Positions 9,653-17,751 of a stretch of 32,000 nt of DNA are shown one piece after another. Where the stretch lies: assembly GCA_020160975.1 (NCBI GenBank), contig JAIUPJ010000001.1, forward strand, positions 939,551 through 971,550. Direction: 5' to 3'. How positions within the stretch are numbered: the stretch's first letter is position 1; each line of letters opens with the position of its first letter. Position numbers and translations under genes: made by a program. The DNA is from Candidatus Saccharimonadota bacterium (lineage in GTDB: Bacteria; Patescibacteriota; Saccharimonadia; Saccharimonadales; Saccharimonadaceae). The notes below the pieces were generated by a model. That model saw only the letters and a program-made list of their open reading frames with translations, made no database searches and was not told where the DNA came from.

Positions 9653-11641
9653 TCAGGCCTCGTTGCTCGCTTCCGCAGAGCTCGGGGTCGACTCGGTGGT
9701 GCCTTGCGGCTTGCTGGTCGTGGCCTGAGCCACGAGCAGCTGCAGCAGCTCGAGCAGGTTGCCACCACCACCGCCGCCCGTGATGAGGGTCTGCGGCATG
9801 TACGGCGTCTGGCTCTTGCTCAGTGCATCGACGACGGCCACGGCAGCGGTCTGACCCGCACCGATGGCGTCACGCTGCGCCTGGTATCCAGCCGCCTGGC
9901 CCTCACCGAGGGCTCGGGCGGCGGAGCCGTTGGCTTCACCGATGGCACGGATCTTGGCAGCCTCACCGGCACCGAGCTCCTCCAGGACCTTGCGGTCACC
10001 GGTCGCCTTGGCCACGGCAGCTTCGGCGTTCGCCCTGTTGATCTCGACCGAGACCTGGGCGGCGGCCTTCTGCTGCTGCATGTCAGCCTGACCCTTCATC
10101 GCCTCCATGTCGATGCGCGCGTTCTCGGCGTCCTTCTGGGCGCCGTACGTCTGCTTCTTCTGGTTGGCGATTTCTCGGGTTCTGAGAACCTCGGCGAGGT
10201 CATCGGGAAGTCTGACGTCCTGGATGTAGACGCCGCGCACCTCGACGAAGTACTCGTTGAGGTACTCCTTGATGTACTCGGTGGCCTTCTGCTGAACGCT
10301 GCTGCGGGTCTGGATGAAGTCCGTTGCCGCAAGCTTGGAGAGCGTGTCGCGGAAGTAGTTGCCAACCGCGGCCTGAAGGACCTCGTTCACCAACTTGGCG
10401 ATCGACTCCACCGACCCGATCACCTTGGCGGCGTTCGTGTCGGGGATGTGGATCTGGACTTGCAGTTCGATCGCGAACTCGAACGCGTCGTTCGACTTCG
10501 CAACGATGGTGCTGAGCTCCCTGTCGAGGCCGTGCTCGGACTCGACGTTGTCGGCCCAGTTGAGCTGCAGGATGCTGGTGGGGACGATGATCGGCTGGTA
10601 GATGGTCTGGTTGAGACCCTTCTTGCTGGTGCGGATCACATCCGACCAGATGCCTTCGTGACCGGGTGCCACGATGGATCCGAACTTGTACGTCTCACCG
10701 GACTTGTCCTCAGTCGGCAGGCCGACGTACGCCTTGATGACCGCGACCTGGCCCTGCTCGACCACCAGCATGGGCTGGAGGTCGACCTTGAACAGGAAGG
10801 GGTTGATGGCGTAGTCACCCGAACGCAGCACGTCATGCTGAAGGCCTCGGCGGCCTCCCGCATCCAGGAACGCCTGGGCGTCCTGGTAGTTGTTGTGCAG
10901 TGCGTTGTGGTCGCCGAGCACCGTCTGGATGACCTCATTCGAGGAAGCGTTGGACGCCTCCAACGAGCGGATGTCATCGAAGCTACCGATGCGGCCGGCA
11001 ATCGTTCCCGGCTCGAGCGGCGGACCGTCGAGCGCGGTGAGGATGCCAACCTGGTCGGTGGGGATGGTGACGTAGTGCAGGTCCTTGCTCTGTGCGAGCT
11101 GAACCATCTGCTCGGCGTCACGGTTGACGGGTCGCCCATAGGTACCGTTGACCGTCACCACGATGAAGGCATCGGGGTGGATGGTGTAGGTACCCGGGGT
11201 GAGCACGTGACGCTGGACGCCCTGCTGGCCACCGTTGTCGACGAAGGACTTGACGTCCTGAAAGTTGCCGTACTCGGGCTTGTAGGCCGCGCTCGTCGCT
11301 CCCGTCGGAATCGGTGCTCCCACCTGGGAGATGACGATGCCGAAGGTCTTGTCCGGGATGCTGATGATCGGCACCTTGCGGTTGCTGAACATCGGCCACA
11401 GACGAAGGTGAGGGCCGGTCGCGAGGGCACCTGGCTGGATGCCGTTCTCGCCGTTGAGCGCGATGAAGCCGTTGTTTTCGAGCGACTTCCCGCCGAAGTT
11501 CTTCGTGAGAAAGGCGTTGTAGCCCTCACGTACGAACATGAAGCTCTTCGCGAAGACGAACAGGACGATGAGAACGACCAGTCCGATCACGATGAGCATC
11601 GGTGAGATGCTGATACCAAAGGGCACGAGAGTTCCTTTCAC
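9653..11641 (-). CDS. SPFH (band 7) / flotillin family membrane protein
   Basis: The 662-aa ORF starts at GTG. It has an N-terminal TM helix (MLIVIGLVVLIVLFVFA), an SPFH-type core and a C-terminal Ala/Glu/Gln-rich coiled coil (AQKDAENARIDMEAMKGQADMQQQKAAAQV...AEAAVAKA) typical of flotillins. The gene is about 65-68% GC. Confidence 0.85.
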   Translation of the reverse strand: MKGTLVPFGISISPMLIVIGLVVLIVLFVFAKSFMFVREGYNAFLTKNFGGKSLENNGFIALNGENGIQPGALATGPHLRLWPMFSNRKVPIISIPDKTFGIVISQVGAPIPTGATSAAYKPEYGNFQDVKSFVDNGGQQGVQRHVLTPGTYTIHPDAFIVVTVNGTYGRPVNRDAEQMVQLAQSKDLHYVTIPTDQVGILTALDGPPLEPGTIAGRIGSFDDIRSLEASNASSNEVIQTVLGDHNALHNNYQDAQAFLDAGGRRGLQHDVLRSGDYAINPFLFKVDLQPMLVVEQGQVAVIKAYVGLPTEDKSGETYKFGSIVAPGHEGIWSDVIRTSKKGLNQTIYQPIIVPTSILQLNWADNVESEHGLDRELSTIVAKSNDAFEFAIELQVQIHIPDTNAAKVIGSVESIAKLVNEVLQAAVGNYFRDTLSKLAATDFIQTRSSVQQKATEYIKEYLNEYFVEVRGVYIQDVRLPDDLAEVLRTREIANQKKQTYGAQKDAENARIDMEAMKGQADMQQQKAAAQVSVEINRANAEAAVAKATGDRKVLEELGAGEAAKIRAIGEANGSAARALGEGQAAGYQAQRDAIGAGQTAAVAVVDALSKSQTPYMPQTLITGGGGGGNLLELLQLLVAQATTSKPQGTTESTPSSAEASNEA

Positions 11642-11676
11642 TCTACGTTGGGTGTCGGGATTGACACTGAAAATAA

Positions 11677-11705
11677 ATTATAGCATTCTTTTCTAAATTA
11701 TGCAA
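11677..11705 (-). promoter_or_regulatory. Promoter TTGCAT-17-(TGc)TATAAT for the flotillin gene
   Basis: The reverse complement of 11700-11705 is TTGCAT and that of 11677-11685 is TGCTATAAT. The spacer is 17 nt, and the promoter lies in AT-rich DNA. Confidence 0.5.
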
Positions 11706-11741
11706 TTTTATGTCACAGAATAAATATGAAATATACGTAAA

Positions 11742-11768
11742 TTAGCACTCGCACTTGACGAGTGCTAA
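11742..11768. promoter_or_regulatory. CIRCE operator (HrcA binding site), a perfect match to consensus
   Basis: TTAGCACTC-gcacttgac-GAGTGCTAA matches the consensus TTAGCACTC-N9-GAGTGCTAA exactly. It overlaps the -35 of the clpC promoter. Confidence 0.85.
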
Positions 11769-11783
11769 TTTGTGCGTTAAAAT
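11755..11783 (+). promoter_or_regulatory. Sigma70-like promoter TTGACG-17-TAAAAT for clpC
   Basis: TTGACG is at 11755-11760, TAAAAT at 11778-11783, and the spacer is 17 nt. Confidence 0.55.
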
Positions 11784-11830
11784 CAGAGGTGACGTGGGCG
11801 ATTAATGCCCAGAAACGGAGGGCAATTACT

Positions 11831-14302
11831 ATGATGCCAGAAGATTTTGCAGAGTTTATTTCACACCTATCTGATAATGCCAAGATGAGCGTGCAGCACG
11901 CTGACGCCATCGCGCGTGGCAACGGCAGCAACTATATTGGCACTGAACACCTGTTGCTGGGCGTGCTTGCACAAGGTTCGAGTGCAGGTGCAAAAGTCAT
12001 GGCAGATGCCGGAGTGACATTGGCAAAGGCTGAGCAACTACTAGACATTAAGCCGACGCAGATTGTCGTGAGCACTGGCGCCGTAGGCCTCAGTGACACC
12101 GCATTGCTGACGCTGCGTATGGGCTGGGAGACCGCCAAAGAGTTTAATCACGAGCACCTAGGCACCGAACATATTCTTTACAGCCTACTTCGCCAGAACA
12201 CGGCGCGTGCAACTACATTGCTACGCGATGAGATGAATATCGATATCGATGATGTCGTGAGTGAATTGGAGAGTTACTTTGACCGCATCCGTGGCGAACA
12301 TGGTGATGTCGCAACTGAGCCAAAGACACGTCCGGTCAAAGGTGGTGCGTTGAGTACATTCGGGATTGATTTGACTGCTAAAGCATTGACTGGTGAGCTC
12401 GATGCGATGATTGGCCGCGCCAAAGAAACTGAACGACTAGTGACAGTTCTAAGTCGCCGCACGAAGAACAACCCGGTGCTGATTGGGGAGCCAGGGGTTG
12501 GTAAAACAGCTATCGTAGAAGGGCTCGCGCAACGAATTGTGCACGAAGAAGTGCCCGATCACCTGCTCGACAAGCGGGTGATCATGCTTGATATGGCCGC
12601 GATGATCGCTGGTACAAAGTATCGCGGTGAGTTTGAAGATCGTCTCAAAAAAGTTGTCAATGAAATCAAGAAATCGGGCAATACGATTGTCTTCATCGAC
12701 GAATTACACCTTCTTGTGGGCGCGGGGGCTGCCGAGGGTAGCATGGATGCGGCCAATATCTTGAAGCCAGCCCTAGCACGCGGCGAGCTGCATATGATCG
12801 GCGCGACTACGCTGGATGAGTATCGCAAGTATATCGAAAAAGACACTGCGCTTGAAAGGCGATTCCAGACAATTATCGTTAAGGAACCAAGTCTCAAAGA
12901 GACGCTCGGTATTTTAAAGGGCTTGAAGGGTTACTATGAAAAGCATCACGGTGTGGCGATGAGCGATGATATCCTCGAAGCGGCCGTGTACATGAGTGAT
13001 CGCTACGTGGCGGATCGGTTCATGCCGGACAAAGCGATCGATGTGATTGATGAAGCCGCGGCGTTAGTGCGAGTCAAACAAGGGCACAAGCCAAGCAAGC
13101 AGCGCGAGTTACTCAAGGAGCTCAAAAACCTTAACGAGCGTATGGAAGAGGCTGTGGCGGCTGAAGACTATGAACGAGCAGCGCTCTACAAGCAGCGCGT
13201 TAGCCAGATCCAAGAAAAACTGGAAGTGGTCCGCGAGACACAAGAGCGAAAGGATGCAATTGCCCTGAGCGAGGACGACATCTCGCATGCTATCGCTGTC
13301 ATGACAAATATTCCTGCAGAAAAGGTGAAAACCAACGAAGCGGCGCTCCTAAAAACACTCGAGAAACAACTCGCTAAGTACGTGATTGGCCAGGAAGAAG
13401 CGGTCACAAAAGTAGCAAAAGCGATTCGCCGCAGCCGTAGCGGGGTGGCTAGCGAAAAGCGACCGATCGGTAGCTTTGTATTTATGGGTCCAACTGGGGT
13501 TGGTAAAACAGAGCTAGCGCGGGTCTTAGCTCGAGAGGTATTTGGAAGTGCCGATGCCTTGATCAAAATTGACATGAGTGAGTTTGGCGAAAAGCACACG
13601 ACCAGCCGACTAATCGGTGCGCCTGCAGGCTATGTGGGATATGAAGACGGCGGCAAGCTGACCGATAAAGTGCGACGCCAGCCATATAGTGTGATTTTGT
13701 TTGATGAGATCGAAAAAGCACATCCTGAGGTGTTTCAGTTGATGCTACAGCTACTTGAAGACGGCACATTGACAGATGCAAAAGGTCGCGCGGTGAGTTT
13801 TCGCAACACCATAATCATCATGACGAGCAATCTCGGTGCCGATAAGATGATGAAAGAATCGACACTTGGATTTGGTGGTACGACCAGTGAAAGTAAGCTA
13901 GAAGACATCCATGCTCGCAACGCCCGCGCGACGCAAGAAGAGTTGGAAAAGTTTATGCGCCCAGAGCTCATTAATCGTCTAGACGGCGTCGTCACTTTCC
14001 GGGCCTTGACTCGCCCTGAAGTCGGGAAGATATTTGATCTACTGGTCGAAGAGCTTCGCCAGAGGCTGGTGCGACAAAGTATCGGCATTCACGTGACGCC
14101 TGCAGCCAAAAAGTATTTGATCGGCAAGGGGTACAGTACGAAATTTGGCGCTCGTCCACTGAGGCGGACAATTGAGGACGAACTAGAGCATCGCATTGCT
14201 GAGGGAATATTGGGTTCTGAGTACCAAAAAGGCGCTATACTAGAAGTACGAATCGACAAGGGAGTGCTCCAGATTGAACCAAGAAACGAATCTGACAAGT
14301 AA
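11831..14302 (+). CDS. clpC: ATP-dependent Clp protease ATP-binding subunit ClpC
   Basis: The start is taken at MMPEDFAEF, with GGAGGG 9 nt upstream. The ORF has two Clp_N repeats ([10 protein letters not shown] and [10 protein letters not shown]), two AAA modules (GEPGVGKT and GPTGVGKT) and a short UVR-like linker ([12 protein letters not shown]). It also has a ClpP-docking LGF loop. Confidence 0.95.
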   Translation: MMPEDFAEFISHLSDNAKMSVQHADAIARGNGSNYIGTEHLLLGVLAQGSSAGAKVMADAGVTLAKAEQLLDIKPTQIVVSTGAVGLSDTALLTLRMGWETAKEFNHEHLGTEHILYSLLRQNTARATTLLRDEMNIDIDDVVSELESYFDRIRGEHGDVATEPKTRPVKGGALSTFGIDLTAKALTGELDAMIGRAKETERLVTVLSRRTKNNPVLIGEPGVGKTAIVEGLAQRIVHEEVPDHLLDKRVIMLDMAAMIAGTKYRGEFEDRLKKVVNEIKKSGNTIVFIDELHLLVGAGAAEGSMDAANILKPALARGELHMIGATTLDEYRKYIEKDTALERRFQTIIVKEPSLKETLGILKGLKGYYEKHHGVAMSDDILEAAVYMSDRYVADRFMPDKAIDVIDEAAALVRVKQGHKPSKQRELLKELKNLNERMEEAVAAEDYERAALYKQRVSQIQEKLEVVRETQERKDAIALSEDDISHAIAVMTNIPAEKVKTNEAALLKTLEKQLAKYVIGQEEAVTKVAKAIRRSRSGVASEKRPIGSFVFMGPTGVGKTELARVLAREVFGSADALIKIDMSEFGEKHTTSRLIGAPAGYVGYEDGGKLTDKVRRQPYSVILFDEIEKAHPEVFQLMLQLLEDGTLTDAKGRAVSFRNTIIIMTSNLGADKMMKESTLGFGGTTSESKLEDIHARNARATQEELEKFMRPELINRLDGVVTFRALTRPEVGKIFDLLVEELRQRLVRQSIGIHVTPAAKKYLIGKGYSTKFGARPLRRTIEDELEHRIAEGILGSEYQKGAILEVRIDKGVLQIEPRNESDK

Positions 14303-15308
14303 TACCACCGTAGTAGCACCGCCACCGCGGCGCAAGAATTATATGTGGCGTGCTGTCCTATCGGCTGCCGCAGTGCTGGTGTTGTCTGGGTGTGGGATCC
14401 TGTATGGGCAGCAGGTTGTCGATGCTATAAAAGCTAGGTTGTATCATCCGACAGGGCAGATTGAGAGCGTCACCACGCGTCTTCAGTTGACCGACAGAGG
14501 TAGAGATATCTTCTATGCCACCAACCCTTTGGTTGAGTCAAAACAAGAGTTCAATAACAATTGCCAAAGCGAGGAACGTACAGTCGCAATCTTGGGCTGC
14601 TACTACCGTGATCGCGTGTATTTGTACGCTATTGCCAACGAAAAGCTCGACGGCACACTAGAGGTCACAGCAGCGCACGAGATGCTGCATGCGGCATACC
14701 AGCGGTTGAACTTTTTTGAACGAGCACGAGTTGACCAATTGATAAAAACGCAATATGCCGCGCTGAAAGACGACGCTTCTCTGAAAGAGATTATGCAGTA
14801 TTATCAGCAAGCGGAACCGGGGGCTGAGATCAACGAGCTCCACTCGATCCTTGGCACTACTGTGGCAACACTTGATCCCGAACTCGAGCAGTACTACAAT
14901 CGCTATTTTGGTGACCGGGCATCAATAGTGGCGCTTAATGCAACGTACAACAAAGTGTTTGGTGACATCAAAAAGCAAACCGATGAACTGGAAGCTCGCA
15001 TCAAGGTTACCGAGACGAGCCTCAAGGCAGACCTCGGGGTATACGAGGTCGACAGGCGACAGGTTGAGCTGGATATCAGCAACTTTAATGAGCAAGCAAG
15101 CACCGGTGCATTTGCGACACGTAGTGCATTTAATGCCGCGCGTAGTGCGCTAGTAGCTCGTGTGGATGCGCTAAACACGCGCCGTGATGAGATTAATCAG
15201 CGAGTGGCGGCCTACAACGCAGATGTGGCGGCGATCAATAAACTGGCAGTACAAGCGAGTGATCTCTATAAGAGTATCAATGGTGCTGAGACGACGACGG
15301 GCGTGTAG
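14274..15308 (+). CDS. Putative lipoprotein with an HExxH motif and a C-terminal coiled coil
   Basis: The signal peptide and lipobox read AAAVLVLSGC. The motif TAAHEMLHAAY is HExxH. The C-terminal third is heptad-like (DELEARIKVTETSLKADL...). The start is ambiguous between TTG 14274 (GGGAG 9 nt upstream, overlapping the clpC end) and ATG 14343. Confidence 0.7.
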   Translation: MNQETNLTSNTTVVAPPPRRKNYMWRAVLSAAAVLVLSGCGILYGQQVVDAIKARLYHPTGQIESVTTRLQLTDRGRDIFYATNPLVESKQEFNNNCQSEERTVAILGCYYRDRVYLYAIANEKLDGTLEVTAAHEMLHAAYQRLNFFERARVDQLIKTQYAALKDDASLKEIMQYYQQAEPGAEINELHSILGTTVATLDPELEQYYNRYFGDRASIVALNATYNKVFGDIKKQTDELEARIKVTETSLKADLGVYEVDRRQVELDISNFNEQASTGAFATRSAFNAARSALVARVDALNTRRDEINQRVAAYNADVAAINKLAVQASDLYKSINGAETTTGV

Positions 15309-15310
15309 AG

Positions 15311-16663
15311 ATGGCAAAAGCAAAGTCACGTTTCGTTTGTCAACAATGCGGTGCGAGTTTTCCTAAATGGACCGGCAAATGTGAGAATTGCGGCGAGTGG
15401 AACAGCCTCGTCGAGCAAGTAATCGCCTCGACAGGCAACTCGGTTGTGGCGCGGAGTTCGCATAGCGGCAAACTACTCGTGCCTCAGACGATGCGCTCGA
15501 TCAGTGCCGAAGCATCGACCGCGCGACTTACAACTGGTATCGGGGACTTAGACCTCGTACTTGGAGGTGGAGTCTTGCCGGGCGGGGTTATTCTCCTTGC
15601 AGGCCAGCCGGGAATTGGTAAGTCGACGTTACTGTTGCAGGTTGCAGCATCAATCGCTGCAAAACACACAGTGCTCTATGCAAGCGGTGAAGAAAGCGCT
15701 AGTCAAGTCAAATTGCGAGCGGCGCGGCTGGGAGCAGAAGCGGGTGATGATTTGCATTTTGTGGCCAGCACCAGCGCCGATGACATCGCCGCAACGATTC
15801 GCAGCGGTACGTATTCGCTCGTCATTATCGATAGTATCCAGACGCTAAGTCTTGATGAAATTTCGAGCGCACCGGGAACGGTTAGTCAGATTACCAACTC
15901 CTCGAATGTGATTATCCGAGCTGCAAAAGAATCAGGTGCGGCAGTCATACTGGTAGGGCATGTGACCAAGGAGGGTTCAATTGCCGGCCCGAAAGTGCTC
16001 GAGCATTTAGTGGATGTCGTCTTGCAGTTCGAGGGCGACCGCTACGGCGGGTTCAAAGTAGTACGCGCGATCAAAAACCGCTATGGCTCAACCAGTGAGG
16101 CTGCGATCTTTGAAATGGGTGAGCGAGGGCTTGAATTGGTGGAAAATCCCTCGGCAGCGCTGCTTGCGGAACGGCAAATTACTGACGGGTCGGTGGTGCT
16201 GGCGACGCTTGAAGGCAATCGGCCTATTCTGGTAGAAATTCAAGCACTTGTCAATCACACGAATTTCGGGTATCCTAAAAGAACAGCAAGTGGGTTCGAT
16301 CTCAACCGACTTAATCTCCTCATCGCGGTGCTGGAGAGGCGCACCAAACTGAATTTATCGGATAAAGATATCTATATCAATGTCGTGGGAGGACTTAAGC
16401 TTGCTGATCCAGCTGCCGATTTGGCGGTGGCTATGGCGATTGCTAGCGCTGCCGCTGGTCGCAAATTAGGTGATGAACTAGTGGTGTTTGGTGAGGTAGG
16501 TTTGGGAGGCGAAATTCGTTCGGCACAGCTGGCCGACAAACGTATCGCTGAGGCCAAGAAACTTGGGTTCACCAGGGCAATTGCTCCTGCAGGAGGCAGA
16601 AAAGATTCATTTATAACAGGCGTGCGCGACTTGCGACACGCATTAATCGACTACCTGAAGTAA
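15311..16663 (+). CDS. radA: DNA repair protein RadA (Sms)
   Basis: The ORF has an N-terminal zinc finger CQQCG...CENCGEWNS, Walker A GQPGIGKST, the KNRYG motif and a Lon-like C-terminal domain. Confidence 0.95.
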   Translation: MAKAKSRFVCQQCGASFPKWTGKCENCGEWNSLVEQVIASTGNSVVARSSHSGKLLVPQTMRSISAEASTARLTTGIGDLDLVLGGGVLPGGVILLAGQPGIGKSTLLLQVAASIAAKHTVLYASGEESASQVKLRAARLGAEAGDDLHFVASTSADDIAATIRSGTYSLVIIDSIQTLSLDEISSAPGTVSQITNSSNVIIRAAKESGAAVILVGHVTKEGSIAGPKVLEHLVDVVLQFEGDRYGGFKVVRAIKNRYGSTSEAAIFEMGERGLELVENPSAALLAERQITDGSVVLATLEGNRPILVEIQALVNHTNFGYPKRTASGFDLNRLNLLIAVLERRTKLNLSDKDIYINVVGGLKLADPAADLAVAMAIASAAAGRKLGDELVVFGEVGLGGEIRSAQLADKRIAEAKKLGFTRAIAPAGGRKDSFITGVRDLRHALIDYLK

Positions 16664-16752
16664 TTATCAGGAGATACGCGGAGTTCTACTTATTGGGAAT
16701 TCTCTGAATGCACCTCACTGAGTGGGCTCCTGGTATCTATCGAAAGGAACGT

Positions 16753-17694
16753 ATGGAAACAAAAGACATTATATTACTTGCTGTGACACTGCTGATACTT
16801 GGCGAAGTCACATATTTGTTGGCACGATTGCCAAAAACGTCAATTAAAGCTAAGGATCGTGCTGTGTTAGTCGATACCTCGGTGCTGATGGATGGGCGCA
16901 TCACTGCTCTAGCACGAACAGGATTTATCGGCGGGACGCTGGTAATTCCACGAAGTGTGGTTGGTGAGCTGCAGTTTTTGGCTGACAATGCAGACGCTGA
17001 CAAGCGCGCCCGTGCGCGGCACGGACTCGATATCGTGACAGAATTGCAGCATATGCCCGAAGTAGAAGTAGAATTGCTACAGGATGGTAGCCGTGCCACT
17101 GAAGGCGTGGATGAGCGGCTGCTTGCACTCGCTAAGAAGCACCAGGCGGTTATTTGTACGCTTGACTATAATCTCAACAAGGTTGCGGTTGTAGAGGGCA
17201 TCACGGTACTCAATATCAATGAGCTGGCGCAGGCGCTTCGCATGGCGCACTTGCCTGGTGAGGAATTGATGATCGAGGTCGTGCAAAAAGGTCAAGACAG
17301 CCATCAAGGCGTGGGGTACCTTCCTGACGGCACGATGGTAGTGGTTGAACAAGCGAATAAGCTGATCGGACAAGCAGTACAGGTTGAGATTGTTCGCAGC
17401 CTCCAGACCGCTGCCGGCAAGATGATGTTTGCAAAGAGAGTTGGCGTTAAGCCAGTAGCTACCCAGGGAACAGCCGTGCTCAAGGCGGCCGTTTCATCGA
17501 CGGGCGGAAGAAAGCAGGCGCAGACCACGCAACGTCAGAATTCGACTGAGCCCGAGAAACACGGACAGCAGAACCGCCGCACAAATGATACACCGAAACG
17601 CGCCTCTCAGCGACGAGCGTATCATGCCCAGCCAAAGCGGCAGAGCAGAGATCGTGAGGATGCACTGCTCGATCTCGTGAATAACCAGAAGTAA
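16753..17694 (+). CDS. PIN/TRAM domain protein (YacL-like)
   Basis: The start is taken at METKDIILLAV, with AAAGGA upstream. The ORF has an N-terminal TM helix, a PIN-like core (VLVDTSVLMDGR...), a TRAM-like segment (GEELMIEVVQKGQDSHQGVGYLPDGTMVVV) and a basic low-complexity tail. Confidence 0.8.
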   Translation: METKDIILLAVTLLILGEVTYLLARLPKTSIKAKDRAVLVDTSVLMDGRITALARTGFIGGTLVIPRSVVGELQFLADNADADKRARARHGLDIVTELQHMPEVEVELLQDGSRATEGVDERLLALAKKHQAVICTLDYNLNKVAVVEGITVLNINELAQALRMAHLPGEELMIEVVQKGQDSHQGVGYLPDGTMVVVEQANKLIGQAVQVEIVRSLQTAAGKMMFAKRVGVKPVATQGTAVLKAAVSSTGGRKQAQTTQRQNSTEPEKHGQQNRRTNDTPKRASQRRAYHAQPKRQSRDREDALLDLVNNQK

Positions 17695-17705
17695 CGAGAA
17701 AAATA

Positions 17706-17731
17706 ATCCCCTCCGTAGAGGGGTTATTTTT
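17706..17731. terminator. Bidirectional terminator between the PIN/TRAM gene and the PBP gene
   Basis: The sequence AAAAATAAT-CCCCTC-cgta-GAGGGG-TTATTTTT has an A-run on one side and a T-run on the other, between convergent genes. Confidence 0.7.
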
Positions 17732-17751
17732 AGCTAGTCGTTACTTCTTCT

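Noticed and set aside
9620-11605. A 661-aa plus-strand ORF, with several nested ORFs, opposite the flotillin gene
   Set aside because: It is rich in R/G/L/V/D and has no recognisable domain. It is the stop-free antisense of a gene that is about 65% GC. The minus-strand frame has clear TM, SPFH and flotillin coiled-coil features.
11762-11830. The upstream extension of clpC (MLICALKSEVTW...)
   Set aside because: It starts inside the promoter/CIRCE region. ATG 11831 has a GGAGGG Shine-Dalgarno sequence and gives the canonical Clp_N start.
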